Origin: Pocillopora damicornis
Lineage: Eukaryota
DNA: 64,000 nt
NCBI RefSeq assembly: GCF_003704095.1
Contig: NW_020845355.1
Span: forward strand, 1-64,000
Direction of reading: 5' to 3'
Part shown: in pieces, positions 62,159-64,000 of the stretch
Position numbering within the stretch: position 1 is the first letter of the stretch
How the letters are laid out: each line of letters begins with the position of its first letter
Notes under the pieces: model-generated
Database searches by the model: none
The model's input: the letters and a program-made list of their open reading frames with translations, nothing else
Told to the model about the DNA's origin: nothing
Program-made: the position numbers and the translations under genes

Positions 62159-64000
62159 ATCATAAGCTGTACAAGGCCGAGCTCTCAATAATCTTTCCTA
62201 ATATGTTCAAAACAGAAAGAGAGGTACCTTTAATTACTTTTAAGGCTCAGGGTGGTCTTTTTCAGCCGCTTTGTCNNNNNNNNNNNNNNNNNNNNNNNNN
62301 NNNNNNNNNNNNNNNNNNNNNNNNNNNNNNNNNNNNNNNNNNNNNNNNNNNNNNNNNNNNNNNNNNNNNNNNNNNNNNNNNNNNNNNNNNNNNNNNNNNN
62401 NNNNNNNNNNNNNNNNNNNNNNNNNNNNNNNNNNNNNNNNNNNNNNNNNNNNNNNNNNNNNNNNNNNNNNNNNNNNNNNNNNNNNNNNNNNNNNNNNNNN
62501 NNNNNNNNNNNNNNNNNNNNNNNNNNNNNNNNNNNNNNNNNNNNNNNNNNNNNNNNNNNNNNNNNNNNNNNNNNNNNNNNNNNNNNNNNNNNNNNNNNNN
62601 NNNNNNNNNNNNNNNNNNNNNNNNNNNNNNNNNNNNNNNNNNNNNNNNNNNNNNNNNNNNNNNNNNNNNNNNNNNNNNNNNNNNNNNNNNNNNNNNNNNN
62701 NNNNNNNNNNNNNNNNNNNNNNNNNNNNNNNNNNNNNNNNNNNNNNNNNNNNNNNNNTATTTTGATGAGTTACGTTATCAATTCCCAATAGTGTTGTTTA
62801 ACTCATTCAGTAAGGTAAAAGATGGTTTGGTTGGAATTGTTGTCTTTCAATTCTACCAGTCTTCACCCGTCACAGTGCAGAGAGTGGTTTAAAAATTAGG
62901 TTTAAAAAGCGAAAGATTGATTACTAGAGACATTATCTGTAACTAACCTTAATTCCACAAGAAAATTTCCCCAAAACTGNNNNNNNNNNNNNNNNNNNNN
63001 NNNNNNNNNNNNNNNNNNNNNNNNNNNNNNNNNNNNNNNNNNNNNNNNNNNNNNNNNNNNNNNNNNNNNNNNNNNNNNNNNNNNNNNNNNNNNNNNNNNN
63101 NNNNNNNNNNNNNNNNNNNNNNNNNNNNNNNNNNNNNNNNNNNNNNNNNNNNNNNNNNNNNNNNNNNNNNNNNNNNNNNNNNNNNNNNNNNNNNNNNNNN
63201 NNNNNNNNNNNNNNNNNNNNNNNNNNNNNNNNNNNNNNNNNNNNNNNNNNNNNNNNNNNNNNNNNNNNNNNNNNNNNNNNNNNNNNNNNNNNNNNNNNNN
63301 NNNNNNNNNNNNNNNNNNNNNNNNNNNNNNNNNNNNNNNNNNNNNNNNNNNNNNNNNNNNNNNNNNNNNNNNNNNNNNNNNNNNNNNNNNNNNNNNNNNN
63401 NNNNNNNNNNNNNNNNNNNNNNNNNNNNNNNNNNNNNNNNNNNNNNNNNNNNNNNNNNNNNNNNNNNNNNNNNNNNNNNNNNNNNNNNNNNNNNNNNNNN
63501 NNNNNNNNNNNNNNNNNNNNNNNNNNNNNNNNNNNNNNNNNNNNNNNNNNNNNNNNNNNNNNNNNNNNNNNNNNCTGATAAATGCGGCAAATTATCATTA
63601 AACTGCCGTGTTTAATAAAAATTTCTAGCCTGATAAAAGCGGTAACTGGATTGGGATTATGTATGAAAAACGACTCAGTCAATAAGCATTTTATTATATG
63701 ATCATGAATGACTTTTGAATATTTGGAAAAGTTTGTTTTAACTTAATAGGACGCGATAGACCGGCACGCGCGGGGATAACCACACAAAAAAAGATATTAC
63801 TATAAACACTTTTCCTTTCTTTTTTCGAGTCTGAGCAGGAAACTCACAATTCATCGAAGAGCGTGGCTTATTTTCACATTTTTGCGCACTACTGTCATTC
63901 AGTTTACGTTTTTGTCCACTTTTCTTTCACGAACACGTGAAGTGAAACAGAAGTTTCCTTTATCCATACCAAGTGTGACAATGTTGAGAACAACCTGAGG
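62159..64000 (+). repeat. Direct duplicate of 57110-60520
   Basis: 62159-62275 matches 57110-57225; 62758-62979 matches 59170-59395; 63575-64000 matches 60095-60520. Confidence 0.85.

Overview
AT-rich eukaryotic (animal) DNA from a gappy draft scaffold. The repeat types and receptor style suggest a cnidarian, probably a stony coral (inference). The window is a birth-and-death cluster of class A (rhodopsin-like) GPCR genes whose coding regions are single exons, in two families. Family B has 4 intact copies at 1.7-16 kb; they are very compact (287-299 aa), have D3.32, ERM and NVxxY, lack C3.25 and have almost no ECL2. Family A has about 15 copies or relics at 5.9-62 kb; they are melatonin-receptor-like with an NRY motif; 2 are complete and intact, 5 are open but cut by gaps, and the rest are pseudogenes. 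Intergenic DNA holds LINE fragments (one with a decayed 2A-like/PHD N-terminus), two Harbinger transposase relics, a solo LTR with a 4-bp TSD, a MITE, hairpin-ended non-autonomous elements (one Crypton-like) with paralogous empty sites, minisatellites, and two Penelope-type hammerhead ribozyme motifs (one with an intact core, one split across strands by an inversion). Many duplicates sit inverted across exactly-100-N gaps, so part of the copy number may be uncollapsed haplotypes. Alignments were done by eye, coordinates of degraded elements are approximate, and no database searches were run.
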